Counted from the stretch's first letter, positions 1-13,099 are shown. The stretch is 64,000 nucleotides of DNA from Cetorhinus maximus (GCF_964194155.1 NC_135899.1:21514001-21578000); one strand, 5' to 3'. Made by a program: numbers and translations. The notes: a model not told the origin generated them from the sequence alone.

Positions 1-345
1 TGTGGATATTATGGGATAGAATCTGTATAAACTCTGCTCCTTCATTCACTGGATATTCAGTCCTGAACATTAATGTGGATATTATGGGATACAATCTGTA
101 TAAACTCTGCTCCTTCACTCACTGGATATTCAGTCCTGAACATTAGTGTGGATATTATGGGATAGAATCTGTATAAACTCTGCTCCTTCATTCACTAGAT
201 ATTAAATCCTGAACATTAGTGTGGATATTATGGGATAGAATCTGTATAAACTCTGCTCCTTCACTCACTGGATATTCAGTCCTGAACATTAATGTGGATA
301 TTATGTGATGTAATTATTATAAATTCTATTTCTTCACTCACCGTC
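1..345. repeat. 73-bp minisatellite, ~4.7 units, runs off the window start
   Basis: Unit tgtggatattatgggatagaatctgtataaactctgctccttcattcactggatattcagtcctgaacattaa starts at 1, 74, 147 and 220, with a degenerate unit at 293. Confidence 0.95.
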
Positions 346-460
346 TCTTCACTTGGTTTTCAGTCCCAACAAGAGGCGGAGGAGGGAATGGGCTGAGTGG
401 CTGGCTCTATTATTGACGTCACTCCCAGCCAATCAAGGACAAGACTACATTGAACTCCAG
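336..460 (-). promoter_or_regulatory. Candidate Pol II promoter and short first exon reading leftwards
   Basis: Full CRE TGACGTCA at 414-421, NF-Y box AGCCAATCA at 427-435, GC-box-like gaggcggagg near 373, minus-strand donor ACG|GTGAGT at 341-336. Confidence 0.4.
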
Positions 461-469
461 CCCACAATC

Positions 470-1232
470 ACCAACAAAAACAGAAACAGAAATACCTGGA
501 AAAACTCAGCAGGTCTAGCAGCATCGGTGGAGAAGAGCACAGTTGATGTTTCGAGTCCTCATGACCCTTCAACAGAACTAAGTAAAAATAGGAAAAGGGT
601 GAAATATAAGCTGGTTTAAGGGGGGCTGGGGGGTTTGTTGGGATAAGCAGCCAGTGATAGGAGGAGATAACCAAAAGATGTCACAGACAAAAGAACAAAG
701 AGGTGTTGAAGGTGGTGATATTATCTAAAGGAATGTGCTAGTTAAGAGTGGAGAGCAGGACAAGCAAGGTACAGATAGCTCTAGTGGGGGTGGGGTGAAA
801 TAAGACTAAAAGGGCATAAAAGGTATAGATAAACGATGGGTGGAAATACATTTAAAAATAATGGAAATAGGTGGGAAAATAAAAATCTATATAAATTATT
901 GGAAAAAACAAAAAGGAGGGGGAAGAAACGGAGAGGGGGTGGGGATGGAGGAGGGAGTTCAAGATCTAAAATTGTTGAACTCAATATTCAGTCCGGAAGG
1001 CTGTAAAGTGTCTAGTCAGAAGATGAGGTGCTGTTCCTCCAGTTTGTGTTGAGCTTCACTGGAACAATGCAGCAAGCCAAGGACAGACATGTGGGCAAGA
1101 GAGCAGGGTGGAGTGTTAAAATGGCAAGCGACAGGGTGGTCTGGGTAATGCTTGCGGACAGACCGAAGTTATTCTGCAAAGCGGTCACCCAGTCTGCGTT
1201 TGGTCTCTCTAATGTAGAGGAAACCGCATTGG
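470..1232 (-). mobile_element. Penelope-like element, 5'-truncated: GIY-YIG endonuclease C-terminus plus 3' terminal region
   Basis: Minus strand 1232->960 reads QCGFLYIRETKRRLGDRFAE*LRSV...PVACHFN...KLEEQHLIF*LDTLQPSGLNIEFNNFRS (YIG/ET half of GIY-YIG, with stops), then a pyrimidine-rich UTR and the hammerhead-bearing terminus. Confidence 0.9.
541..579 (-). ncRNA. Minimal type-I hammerhead ribozyme motif (variant core)
   Basis: Reverse complement AGTT-CTGTTGA-A-GGGTC-ATGAG-GACTC-GAAAC-ATC-AACT: stem I AGTT/AACT, stem II GGGTC/GACTC, CUGnnGA and GAAA cores. Confidence 0.7.
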
Positions 1233-1267
1233 GTATTTTAAGACCTTGATATTTTAAGACCTTGACT

Positions 1268-1935
1268 GTAACAAAATAAAATCAACTTCGACTAAACATT
1301 ACTTAGTAAGAAAGTAATACATTAAAGTACAGAACAAATATGCCCCCTTCAACTTCTTAATAACACAATGGAAAACCCCATGCCTCATTTATACATTATA
1401 TTACACTCTCCATAGACATGTAATCTTTTAAGTTTAAAATACAACTCCTCTTGGTGTTAACAGGATTCCTCTTCCTGCTTCGCTGAGGTGAATTTTCCAG
1501 TGTCCTTTCAGCAAAGTCCTCTTCACTCAACTCTTTGAGCATAATCAAATGGACTCCCCATTGTAAGGTTCCTTCTGGTGATTCTGTGGCTTCTAACCCC
1601 ACAGTCCTTGTTCCCATGGGTTCCATCCTCACTGACCCTTCACTTTCTTCCCCAAATCCTTCGATGCGACTGATTCTGAGTATCTGAAGTCTGGCAACAG
1701 CAAGGCCAGCTGCTTCTTTCTTTATGTCCAGGTGTTAAAGCTCACACCTGACTTTGAATAAGTGTTGATCTAGACCCCCTGTTTCCATGGCAACTGGTTC
1801 ACATAGATTTGTCGCTGGGCAGACCCCTTTCCAGAACTTTGTTTTACCTTGAATTAAAAAAGTTTAAAACATAACCGACTTTATGAAGTCTAGTGGTAAT
1901 AATGCTGTGTCCTAGTTCTAGATTCCCCCATGAAG
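1268..1935 (-). mobile_element. Unclassified repeat, possibly a degraded LTR
   Basis: Begins TGTAACA and contains the X-box palindrome GTTTCCATGGCAAC (1781-1794); no TSD confirmed. Confidence 0.3.
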
Positions 1936-1939
1936 ATTC

Positions 1940-2235
1940 AGCATCTACTCTGTCAAGCCCCCTCAGAATCTTTTATGTTTAAATAAAATCATCTCTCATT
2001 CTAAGTTCCCAATGAATATTGGTCCAACATGCTCAACCTTTCCTCATAAGACAACCCCCTTCATCCCAGGGATCACCCTCATGAACCTACTCTGAACTAC
2101 TTCATGTAGTTCATGTTAGAATATCCCTCTTTAAATAAGGAGACCCAAACCGTACATAGTATTCTAGGTTCCCCCACTAATGCCCTGGACAGTTGTAGTA
2201 AGACTTTACTTTTATACTCCAAATTCCTTGCAAAA
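1940..2235 (-). mobile_element. CR1 LINE 3' fragment
   Basis: Similar to 7950-8220 (ctctgtcaagcccc...aacctttcctcataagacaaccc). Confidence 0.8.
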
Positions 2236-3567
2236 TGTTCTTTAAAACTCGCCATTCTCTCAGGACCAATGTGTTTGCCTGTCTGTTAGTTTGGTGTTGC
2301 TTGTTTGTTTAATGCTATTCACATTCATGTTTAAGAATTGGAAAACTTCAGTAGCTGAAGATTCTTTGAGAATGATTAACCTTATCAGAAGGGTGTTAAT
2401 GGTCTGAATGGGCATCTATGAATCACATTTGTGATGAAGACGGGATATTTCTGAGTATTCTCTTCAGTCAGCAGAACTTAAAGATTACAACTACTGTTTT
2501 TTTGGGGTAAAGGGAAAAGCAAAAACGCAGTTAGTGAGGTGACTGACTAGGCATTTATGTGCTTGTATGTGGCAGGAAGAATTTTCAATGGAATTTAGAC
2601 ACCATCCTGCAACTTCAGACTCCACTAACGAAATGCCAGATACATTCAGAAAAATGATAACTCTCTTCAGGTATTCCATCGAAGTGAGTTGACTAAACAA
2701 ATGTGGGAGATTGTACAGAATGAACAGCACAGACGGTGGAAATGCTATGCACAGTAGAAATTGATATTTGAGGAAGAAATTGCACAACAGTGTACAGAAC
2801 AATGATCTCATTGCCGGATGATTTGAGTGGAAGGTGAATAACTTTGATTTCATTTGGAAAGCGGCAGAGAACTTTCCATCTGCAAATACTGTCAATCACA
2901 CCTTTATATTCAGCTTCATGTTGGAAATAGAAAATCTTCCAGTGGTGTGCGGTTGTATTTTTCCTTCACAATTCTTTTTGTAGGTGGAGCACCAAACCTG
3001 AGGGGAGTTCGGAGGAACATTAAATCTTAAAGCAATTGTAAATATGTAGTAAAAGAAAGAAAATTCTAAATAAATTGTTCAGAATTAATCAAACTGGCTG
3101 GTATGTTTTGTTGCTAATGTTTATACTGTAACTGTGTAAAGATGCTGACTCATGCCCCTTCGATTGGAATATGCTGATTGTTGCTGTCTCCTCTCCACCA
3201 CCCCCCTCAAATCTATCCTGAAGGAATTAATTCATACTCCCTCCTTATTCCTGAGGTGCTGGCTGGTGGCATTCCCCTGATATGACTCGTGCACCTCCAG
3301 TTTAAAGTTACTGATTCATACTCTTCCAGTATTTGCTAACAATGCTGACTTGTGGGCTACTACTTCATGAACACTGGCACTCAAGGAACTGCCCCTTCAG
3401 GAAAGAACAATTTGTGAGAAAATGCATAGAAAGAGAAACTTTTTGAAAGTCCTTTTTAAAAGTTACGAAGCATAGAGATTACATAAATGCTGCTCACAAC
3501 TGCAAACATCAATGGTTGTTGAATTTTGTCTATTAGTATTTAGTTAACTTTCTGCTGTTGTGAACTT

Positions 3568-3870
3568 TGGCTTAGCAGTAGCACTCTTGCGTGTGAGTCA
3601 GGGGGCTGGGGGTTCAGGCAATATTGAGGAAATTCAGCACTTAGGTCTTTCGATGAGATGATCCACTGGGAAGTTCTGGTCAACATTTATCCCTCAACTG
3701 GCAATATCCTATTAAATTTTGGTCACTCGTCTCATTACTGTATGTGGGACGTTGCTAGGTACAAATTGCCTACTGTGGTGACTACACTTAAGTATTTTTG
3801 TTGGTATTTAGTGCTTTGGGACATCCTGAAGACGTGAAAGTTGTTACACATATTCAAATAATTTCTTTCC
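3568..3870 (+). mobile_element. tRNA-headed Deu-domain SINE (SacSINE1-like), degraded
   Basis: A/B-box-like head ggcttagcagtagcactcttg...ggttcagg, body ttcgatgagatg...caacatttatccctcaac, tail gtgctttgggacatcctgaagacgtgaaag. Confidence 0.7.
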
Positions 3871-3879
3871 TCCCTGATA

Positions 3880-4870
3880 GCAAGAGTTTTTGGTTTAGTC
3901 AAGACTGGAGAAGGGGTTGCTGCCAATGCAGCAGTAAAGGAAGACATTGTAATGGTACTGGATAGGATAAAAATAGATGAAGTAATGGAGGGGTTGCTGA
4001 GGATAGTGTGGTTCATACAGTGCAAATTAACTTTCAAAAGACATTTGTAAAGTACTATGTAATAGACTTGTTAAAATTAAAGGTCAAGAAGAAACAGACG
4101 AGAGAGATGAATACAAAATTGGTTAAGGTACTGAAACAGAGTTATGAAAATAGTTGTTTTTGAGACAGGAGGGAAGTATTCAGTGGTGTTCTCCAGAGGT
4201 AGGTATTCGCACCACTGCTCTTTCTGATGTAGTAATGATCTGGACTTGGGTAGAAAGCATAATTTTGCAGTTTAACAGTTGGCATGAAACTTGGAAATAT
4301 AGTACCAACATCAGAAGGAACACCAGGACAAACACTGTGAAATGGGCAAATAAAATTTAATTCAGAGTGAGACATTTTGAGACCTAGGAAGAATAAGGAG
4401 GTGCAATATGAACTGAACAGCGTGATTTTAAAGGGGTGCAGGAATGTAAAGACCTGGGGATAACTGTACATAAATTCTTGAAGGTGGCAGGACAAGTTCA
4501 GAAGGCTGTTACAAAAGCTTATAGGATCTTTAAGCTTTATTAATAGTGGCATAGAAAAAGTAAATAAGTAATGTTAAACCTTTATGAAACTCTGATTTGG
4601 CCTCATGCAAAGCAACTCTGGGCAGCACAGCTGAGGAATAATGTCCAGGCCTGAGGGAGAAGGGATTTATTTGATTGTTATCAGTAATGAGGACTTCAGT
4701 TCTTTGGAGAAATCGGAGTGGTGTCCTGTTTGGAACAGAGAAATTTAGGAGATTTGCTAGTGGTGTTCAAAATCAGGAATGATTTTAATAGAGTAAATGA
4801 GGAGAAACATTCCAGTTGCAGAGGGGTTGGTAACCAAAGGTTAAACATTTAAAACAATTTTATAAAATAA
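3880..4870 (+). mobile_element. Old, internally deleted CR1 LINE ORF2 remnant
   Basis: Degenerate RT and C-terminal motifs (ggtgttctccagagg, gacctgggg...gtacataaattcttgaaggtggcaggacaagt). Confidence 0.75.
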
Positions 4871-4879
4871 GCTGAGGAA

Positions 4880-5920
4880 ATAAGGTAGCCAGGGAATGGA
4901 GCTTGAAGCAGGAACTGAAGAGAGTGGCTTCAGTCTTCCCAATGTTTAGTTAGAGGAAATTTCTGCCTATCCAATACTGGATATTGTATAAGCGGTCCAC
5001 TAATTTAGCAGCAGTGGAGGAGAGAGAAATGCTGGTGAGGTAGAGCTCGTGCATGTGAAAACTAACACTTTTAGATGCAGTATGTAGATAAGAAATGGGA
5101 AGAAGCCAAGGAAAGATGCTTGGAAATATTAGAAGTAACGGTGTGAGAGCGGGAAGTGAAGCTATAGTAAGTAATACTCTGGCTATGATTAGAACCGGTG
5201 AGTGCAGTTCCACCTATTTGAATGATAGTGCAGAGGTGTTGGAGGCATTTGCAAGGATCATGGGGTCAAGGGTTTTTTTGAGGATAATGGTAATAATGGC
5301 AGATTTCAAGGAAAAAGGGGCAGAATCTAAAGAGAAAGAACAGTTAACAATGTCAGCTAACATGAGGTCCAGGAAGAGTCAGCAGCTTAGTGGGAATAGG
5401 GTTGTGGGAGCAGGAGGTGGTCTCATGGATAACATGAGCTTGGAGAGAGGAAGAGGGGAGATAGGAAAGAAACTGGAGAAAGATGTGAGGTTGGGGTGAG
5501 GCCAGGGGGATATTTAACTAGTTTGGCTAGGTTGGCTCCTGGAAGGGAGGAAAGCAGCAGAGGCAGATAATCAAATCATCGTAATCTTTATGACAAATAA
5601 CACCATTAGCTTCTTGCACTGTTGTTGGAGGTAAGAATGGAGGAGACTGAAGAGAGGGCTAAGAAAACAAAGGAAGAAGAAATAAACTGGCATTCCATAT
5701 GGAGGGGATTATTCAAGATAAGGTGGTAAGGCTATGGAGATATTTGAAAAATCAATGTGGTATTGTAAATTCAAAGAGTTCATGCAGTTGGTAAAATTAG
5801 GAAATGATGGCAGAGGCTGTGGGTCTCAATGTAGTTGAAGAGGCCAGCAAGGGCTATAGCATATTAGATAATTTGAATCTCAAGGTGTTCAATGTTAGGT
5901 TTTTGGTAGCAATGATAAAG
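4880..5920 (-). mobile_element. L2 LINE ORF2 remnant
   Basis: Minus strand SVSFHM..ELYLT...KLVDRLYNIQYWIGRNFL*LNIGKTE, typical of the L2 post-YADD region. Confidence 0.75.
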
Positions 5921-5934
5921 ATAGGGAAGGAGAG

Positions 5935-6058
5935 AAATAGATAGATTTTTGGAGACTAATGACATCAAGGGATATGGAGATAGGTGATCAGCCATGATCT
6001 AATTGAATGGCAGAGCAGGCTCGACAGGCTGAATGGCCTCCTCCTGTCCTGTGTTGCT
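5935..6058 (+). mobile_element. CR1 3' tail
   Basis: gatcagccatgatctaattgaatggcagagcaggctcgacaggctgaatggcctcctcctg, the same terminus as at 7610-7690, 30000, 39450 and 41930. Confidence 0.85.
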
Positions 6059-6349
6059 AGGAGGTGGTCATTGTTTCTGAAATGAAAGGAAGTCTTGGCA
6101 ACAGTTTGGTTAAGAGAAGAATGCTGAGCTTGCAATAGAGGAGAACACAAAAACTTATGCACCAGCTTTCTTGTTCACTTTTACACCATGTGTATGGTCT
6201 AAGCAGAACCACTTGTTTTGCAGAAAATCTGGGTAAGCTTGCTAAATTCTGTGTAATTTATTTTTCCCAAGTTAAGGAACTGTGGTGTGTCTACCGTTGT
6301 AATTGTTATAGATATAATTTAAAATATTGCTCACACTCTCCCACTTCTG

Positions 6350-6615
6350 AAGAAACCTAGCACCCCTAAGTGCTTTCACCCGCTGCAGAATGTCACCCTC
6401 AAACTTGACTACTCCTCCTGGCCAGTCTCCAATTTCCCACCCTCCATAAACTTTAGCTCAATGAAAACTCTATTACCGTTATCCTAACCTGCACCAATCC
6501 CACTCATCCATTACCCCTGTGTTTGCTGATCTACATTGGCTCCTGGTCTCCTAATGATGCCTCCCAATTTAAAATTCTGATCCTCATGTTTAAATTCTGC
6601 CATAGCTAAGCCCCT
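6350..6615 (+). mobile_element. L2 ORF2 C-terminal fragment
   Basis: KLDY..LLAS...LHKL..ILTCT...ITPVFADLHWL motif. Confidence 0.8.
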
Positions 6616-6639
6616 TCAGGATGCTGTCTTGAAGTCTCA

Positions 6640-6968
6640 AGCCTGACATTTCCTGTATCATACTGAGGGAGTGTCACACTGTCCTGTCAGGGGTGCCTCG
6701 TTTGAGACATTAAAACAAGATTCTGTCTGCCTTCTTGGGTAGAGGTCCCGTGACATGATTTCGAAGAGGAGTAAGCGAGTTACATCCAATGTATTACATC
6801 CAGTGCATTGGCCAGTATTTATCACTCAATCAACATCACAGAAACAGATTATCTGGCTCGTATCATATTGCTGTTTGTGAGCATTTGCTGGAGGCAATTC
6901 GTTGTTGCAAAGTGCTTTGAAACATCCGGCAGTCACGAAAAGCACAATATAAATGCAAGCCTTTTTCT
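6640..6968 (+). mobile_element. Deu-domain SINE (SacSINE1-like)
   Basis: tactgagggagtg...gagacattaaaac...gaagaggag...aacagattatctgg...gtgctttgaaacatcc...tataaatgcaagc. Confidence 0.8.
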
Positions 6969-7605
6969 CTGTCTTGAGTTACAGACAACAAACATAGTCT
7001 GCAATTTCCTAGTATTTTTCAGCAAACATAATGTGGAATGGACAAGGACAAACAACATCTGCTCTCCCAGTGAGTAGCCTAGGACTGGTTCTGGCTGCAG
7101 GTTCTCTAGAACCACAGCTTATCTGAGGCAAGAGAAACCTGGTCTACCTGGAATCTTCGAACGACAGAATTGCAGCCAAGCAATGTACCTGACAATAGTA
7201 GATGGGCTTAGTTGTAAATGAATGACTACCGCTAGGTCCAATCAATTGTAAGTGCAGATAATAGATTGACATGGGCAGTAGCCAGTGATTGGCTGGCTAT
7301 CTGCTGCTTTTCTTTTAGCTATCCTTCATTTTATAACAGGTTTAGCTTGTGCTGGTCTGTTTCTGATCTATCTGCCTACAGTCCTCCATCTCTTGGTCTG
7401 GCCTGCCCTTCACTTTCTACTGTTATGATGTTTGGTTTGGCCTGACTGTCACTGGCACTGCTTCAATTCAATAATTTCTGCTGCCCCCAATTTGCAGTTA
7501 CTTTTCTTTTCCTGTTGGTTGGATTCTTTTCAGTGTGACCAGCCTGGATGATTAATACAGGTTCCTTCCTCTTTGGTCAGAACAAGCTTCACATTCATAG
7601 CTCCA

Positions 7606-10600
7606 AATAAGAACATACAAATTAGGAGCAGGAGTAGGCCACTCGGCCCCTCAAGCCTGCTCCGCCATTTAATAAGATCATGGCTGATCTGGTTGTAACC
7701 TCAACCCCACATACCTGCCTACCCCCAATAATGTTTCACCCCCTTGTTAATCAAGAATCTATCTAGCTCTGCCTTAAAAATATTCAAAGACTCTGCTTCC
7801 ACTGCCTTTTGGTGAAGAGTGTTCCCAAGACACTCTACCCTTTAAGAGAAAAAGTTTCTCATCTGTCTAAAATGAGCGACCCTTATTTTTAAACAGTGAC
7901 CCCCTAGTTCTAGATTGTCCCAAAAGAGGAAACATCCTCTCCACATCCACCCTGTCAAGACCCCGTAGGATCTTAAAGGTTTCAATCAAGTCGCTTCTTA
8001 CTCTTCTCAATTCCAGTGGATACGAGCCTAACCTGCCCAACCTTTCCTCATAAGACAACCCGCCCATTCCTGGTATTAGTAAACCTTCCCTGAACTTCTA
8101 ATGCATTTACATCCTTCCTTAAATAACGAAGACCAGTACTGTACACAATACTCCAGATGTGGTCCCACCAGTGCCCTGCACAACTGAACATAACCTCCCT
8201 ACTTTTGTAATAAATTCCCCTTATGTTAAACAGTAACATTCTATTAGCTTTGCTAATTACTTGCTGTACCTGCATACTAGACTTTTGTGATTCATGCACT
8301 AGGACGCCCAGATCTCTCTCAATCTCAGAACTTTGCAACCTCTCACCATTTAGGTAATAAGCTTTTTTTATCCTACCTGCCAAAATGAACAATTTCACAT
8401 TTGCCCACATTATATTCCATTATCCAGATCTTTGCCCATTCACTTGACCTATCTATATCACTTTGTAGCCTCCTTATGTCCTCTTCACAACTTACTACCC
8501 TACCTATCTTTGTGTCAACAGCAAATTTAGCAACCATTCCTTCGGTGCCTTCATCCAAGTCATTTATATAAATTGTAAAAGTTTGAGGCCCCAGGACTGA
8601 TTCCTGTGTCACACCACTCGTCACATCCTGACAACCAGAAAAAGTCCCATTTATGCCAACTCTCTGCTTCCTGTTAGCTAGCCAATCTTCCATCCATGCC
8701 AACATGTTACCCCCTATACCATGAGCTTTTACTTTCCGTAATAACCTTTGATGTGGCACTTTATCAAATGCCTTCTGGAAATCTAAGTACAGTACATCCA
8801 CCGGTTCCCTTTTATCCACAGCACATGTGACTCCTTCAAAGAACTCCTATAAATTGGTTAAATGTGATTTTCCTTTCACAAAAGCATGTTGACTCTGCCT
8901 GATTGCCTTGAATTTTTCTAAGTGCTCTGCTATAACATTTTTAAAAATAGTTTCTAACATTTTCACTATGACAGATGTTAGGCTAACTGGCCTATAGTTT
9001 TCTAATTTCTATCTCCCTCTCTTTTTGAATACAGGAGTTATATTTGCTATTTTCCAATCCAATGGAACCTTCCCCGAATCTAGGGAATTTTGGAAAATTA
9101 AAACCAGTACATCAACTATCTTACTAGCCACTTCTTTTAACACCTTAGGATGAAGTCCATCCGGACTTGGGGATTTGTCAGCCCACAGCCCCAAGAATTT
9201 GCTCAATGCCACTTCCCTTCCACTTCATAATTTTAATGAGTTCCTACCTCCTTTCCGTTTTCTGATTTGCAGCTATTTCCAGGATGTTACTTCTATCCTT
9301 GTATCATGAAGACTGAAGCAAAATACCTGTTTAATTCATCCACACTTTCTATAGGACCAATGCTCACTTTCTTAAATCTTTTCTTATTTAAATTCCTATA
9401 GAAACTCTGACTATCCATCCTTATATTACTAGCTAGCTTTCTCTCGTACTCTAATTTTTTCCTACTTATTAATCTTTTTGTCATTCTTTGCTGTTTTTTA
9501 TCTTCTTTCCAATCTTCTGACCTGCCACCCATCTTTGCATAATTATAAGCTTTCTCTTTCAGTTTAATATTGTCTAACTTTTTTAGTTAACCACGGATGA
9601 TGGGCCCTCTCCTTGGAGTTTTCCTTTCTCATTGGAATGTATATATTCTGAAACATCCCTTAAATGCCTGCCACTGAACCTATATTGACCTATCCCTTAA
9701 CTTCATTTGCCTGTTCGCTTTAGCTAGCCCTGCTTTCATGCCCACATAATTGCCATTATTTAAGTTTAAAATATTAGTATTGGACGCACTTGTTTCTCCC
9801 TCAAAATGAATGTAAAATTCAATCATATTATGATCGCTGCTTCCTAAGGGTGCCTTCACAATGAGTTTATCAATTAATCCTATTTCGTTGCTCAATACCA
9901 GGTCCAGTATAGCCTGCTCTCTGGTTGGCTCCAGAACGTGCTGTTCGAAGACACTAGCCCGAAAACATTCTATGAGCTCCTCATCTACCCTACCTTTGCC
10001 CATTGATTGTTCGAGTCCATATGTAGATTAAAATCCCCCATGATTATTGCTGTAACTTTCTAATAAGTTCCCATTATCTCTTATATGCTCTGTTGTACCA
10101 TGTATTTACAATTAGAGGGCCCTTACACCATTCCCACAAGTGACTTCTTGCCTTTATCATTTCTCATCTCAACCCAAATTGCTTCTGCATCCTGGTTTCC
10201 TGAACTCTCTAATGTGCTAATACCAGCATTAATTGACAGAGCCATCACTCCACCTTTTCCTAACTTCCTAAATGTCATGTACGCTTCAATATTCAGGTCC
10301 CAGTCTATGCCATCCTGTAGCCATGTTTCTGTAATGGCTATCAGATCGCACTTATTTATTTCTATTTGAGCTAGCAGTTCACCTGTTTTGTTTCGAATCC
10401 AACGTGTATTTAGATACAGAACCTTTAGTTTTGACCTTGTATTATTTTCATAGCGTCCAGCCTTATCTGCTGATTTACTCTTTGATTTGTACTTTCTATC
10501 CTTTCCTGTCATGGTCTGTTTATCATTTCCCATATTAATACCTTTTTCTCTTGCCTTGTCTCTACTGTTTGGTTTACCACATCTTCCAAATCTGATCCCT

Positions 10601-11760
10601 TGGCCCCACTATTCAGTTTAAAACCCTCTCTACTTCCCTAGTTATGTGGCTCACAAGGGCACCAACTCCAGCACCGTTGAGGTATAGACAGTCTCAGTGG
10701 TAAAGATCCCACTTTCCCCAATACTGGTGCCAGTGCCCCGCAATACGGAACCCACTTCTCCCACACCAGTCTTTGAGCCATGCATTCATTTCTCTAATCT
10801 TATTGGTCCTATGCCAATTTGTGGCTCAGGTAATAATCCAAAAAAATAATTACCATTGAGGTTCTGCTTAATTTGGTGTGTAGCTCCTCATACTAACTAT
10901 GCCTCCTTCATCCTGCCTATGTACCTGCATGGACCACAACCACTGGATCCCCGCAACCCCCCCACCCCCCCCCCACTTCCCCGCCTCCCCCCTCCCCACT
11001 GCAAGTTCCTCTCCAGTCCTGAGCCCTATACCGGGCAGGCAACACAACTCTCGCTCTTTGCTGCAGAGAGCAAATCAGTTCCCCCTCTCTATACTGTCCC
11101 CTACGACCACTACGCTCCTTTTGCTCCCGCCACTTGGATGGCTACCTGTATGACGGTGCCATGGTCAGTTTGCTGATCCACCCTACAGCCTCTGCTCCCA
11201 TCCAAAGAAGCTGAGAGAACCTCAAACCTAATGGACAACCTGCACTCCTGCCCTCTGGGTCCCCTTACCTGCCTCATTCACAATCACGCCCTCCTGTCCC
11301 TGACCACTGACCAAATCGAAGACCCTATCCTAAGTGATGTGACTGCCTCCTAGTACAGAACATCTAGGTAACTCTCTCCCTCCCTGATGTGTCACAGAGT
11401 CTGCAACTCCGCCTCCAAGCTCAATGACTCTGAGTTGAAGTTTCTCAAGCAGCAAATAATTATTGCAAATCTGTTTGTGCTAGATCACAATGTTATCCAG
11501 GAGATCCCACATGCTAAAGCCTTGACACATCACCTGAGCTGCTGTCCTGAATGTTGTAAATAATTACTTAATTATATTAATCACTTACTTATGTTGCTTT
11601 CTTATACTTTATTAATTTTACCACCAATTTGTGTACTATTTTAAACCTTAGGGATAGAATAGAACTTATCACTTACCAGATACTTACCAAACAGCTAGCT
11701 CCTTTCCCTGTGGTAGAGCAAGTAGCAATTCCTATGAGTGAGAAAGATAGAAAAAGGAAA
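7606..11760 (-). mobile_element. Near full-length CR1 LINE with ORF1 remnant and APE+RT ORF2, inactivated
   Basis: ORF track: LYLNTRWIRNK and AITETWL (APE), LGSSDHNMIEF, KSPSPDGLHP, YLDFQKAFDKVPH, GVTQESVLGP, KFAVDTK; 3' tail near 7610; esterase-like ORF1 remnant 10640-11540. Confidence 0.95.
7867..10533 (-). pseudogene. CR1 ORF2 (AP endonuclease + reverse transcriptase), fragmented
   Basis: Consecutive ORFs 10123-10533, 9680-10003, 9293-9532, 9009-9212, 8373-8819, 8048-8410 and 7867-8067 are broken by stops and frameshifts. Confidence 0.92.
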
Positions 11761-13099
11761 TGCCCTGTTCCCCGTTATCAATTCTCCAGTCGCATCCTCC
11801 AAGGGTGCCACACTCACTTTAGCTACTCTCTCTTTTTATATACCCATAGAAGCTCTTGCTGTTTGTTTTTATATTTCTTGCCAATTTACTTTTGTAATCA
11901 ATTTTCTCCCACTCTATTAGCTTTTTAGTTATCCACTGCTGGTTCCTAAAAAAATTCCCAATCCTCTGGCCTACCACTAGTTTTCGCTGCTTTGTATGCC
12001 TCAATTTTTGATTGGATACTCTCCTTGACCGCCTTTGTTAAGCACGGGTGGTTCATCCTTCTCATCGAGTCCTTCTTTTTGACCGGGATAAAGTTTTGCT
12101 GAGTGTTATGAAATATCTGCTTAAATGCCTGCCACTTCTCATCCACTAACCTTCCCCTTAGTCTATTTTCCCAGCCGCTTTATACAATTCTTTCTTCATA
12201 CCTCTGTAATTGCTCTTATTTAAGTTGAGGACACTGGTTTGAGATCTGAGTTGCTTGCCCTCAAACTGAATTTGAAATTCTACCATGTTGTGACCGCTAC
12301 CCCCTAGAGGATCCTTTATTACGATATCTCTTATTAACCCTACCACATTACACATTACTAGACCTAAAATAGTCTGTTCCCAGGTGGGTTCTGCAATGTA
12401 TTGCTCTAAGAAACAACTGATGCATTGTACAAATTCGTCTTCCATGTTACCCCTGCCAATCTGATTTGTCCAGTCAATATATAGATTAAAATCACCCATG
12501 ACAATGGTAGCGCCCTTCTTACACGTCTCCACTATTTCCCGATTTATACTTTGCCCTACAGTGAGGCAACTCTTCGGGGGCCTATAGACGACTCCCACCC
12601 ATGACTTCTTCCCCTTGCTATTCCTTATTTCTACCCAAACTGATTCCACATCATGATCTATTGCACCTATATCACTACTCACCACCACACTGAGACCTTC
12701 TTTTATTAACAAAGCTGCCCCACCTCCTTTTCCTTTTTGCCTACTTTTCTGGAACGTTGAACCCTTGAATATTGAGTTTCCAGTCTTGGTCACCCTGCAA
12801 CCACGTCTCTGTAATAGCTATCAAGTCGTATCCATTTATTTCAATTTGTGCCGTCAACTCATCTTTCTTGTTACAAATACTACGTGCATTCAGATAAAGA
12901 GCCTTAAGCTTTAACTTTTTACCATTATTACTAATTTTGGTTCTAATTTCTGCTGCACTCTTCTGCTTATATTTTTTGCCCCTTCCTGTCACACTTTGAT
13001 TATTGTTTCACTGCCATCTCTCTACCTTTGCTTTCTTATTTGTTTTTGATTTTCTAAACTTCCCTTCAGTTGAACCCTCCCCCCTCACTAATTCATTTA

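Noticed and set aside
1-345. Regularly spaced repeats resembling a CRISPR array
   Set aside because: The whole 73-bp unit repeats with no unique spacers, there are no cas genes, and the context is eukaryotic
1234-1266. Short tandem duplication tattttaagaccttga at the PLE junction (similar ones near 6780 and 40906)
   Set aside because: Ordinary local slippage duplications; not a TSD pair around any element
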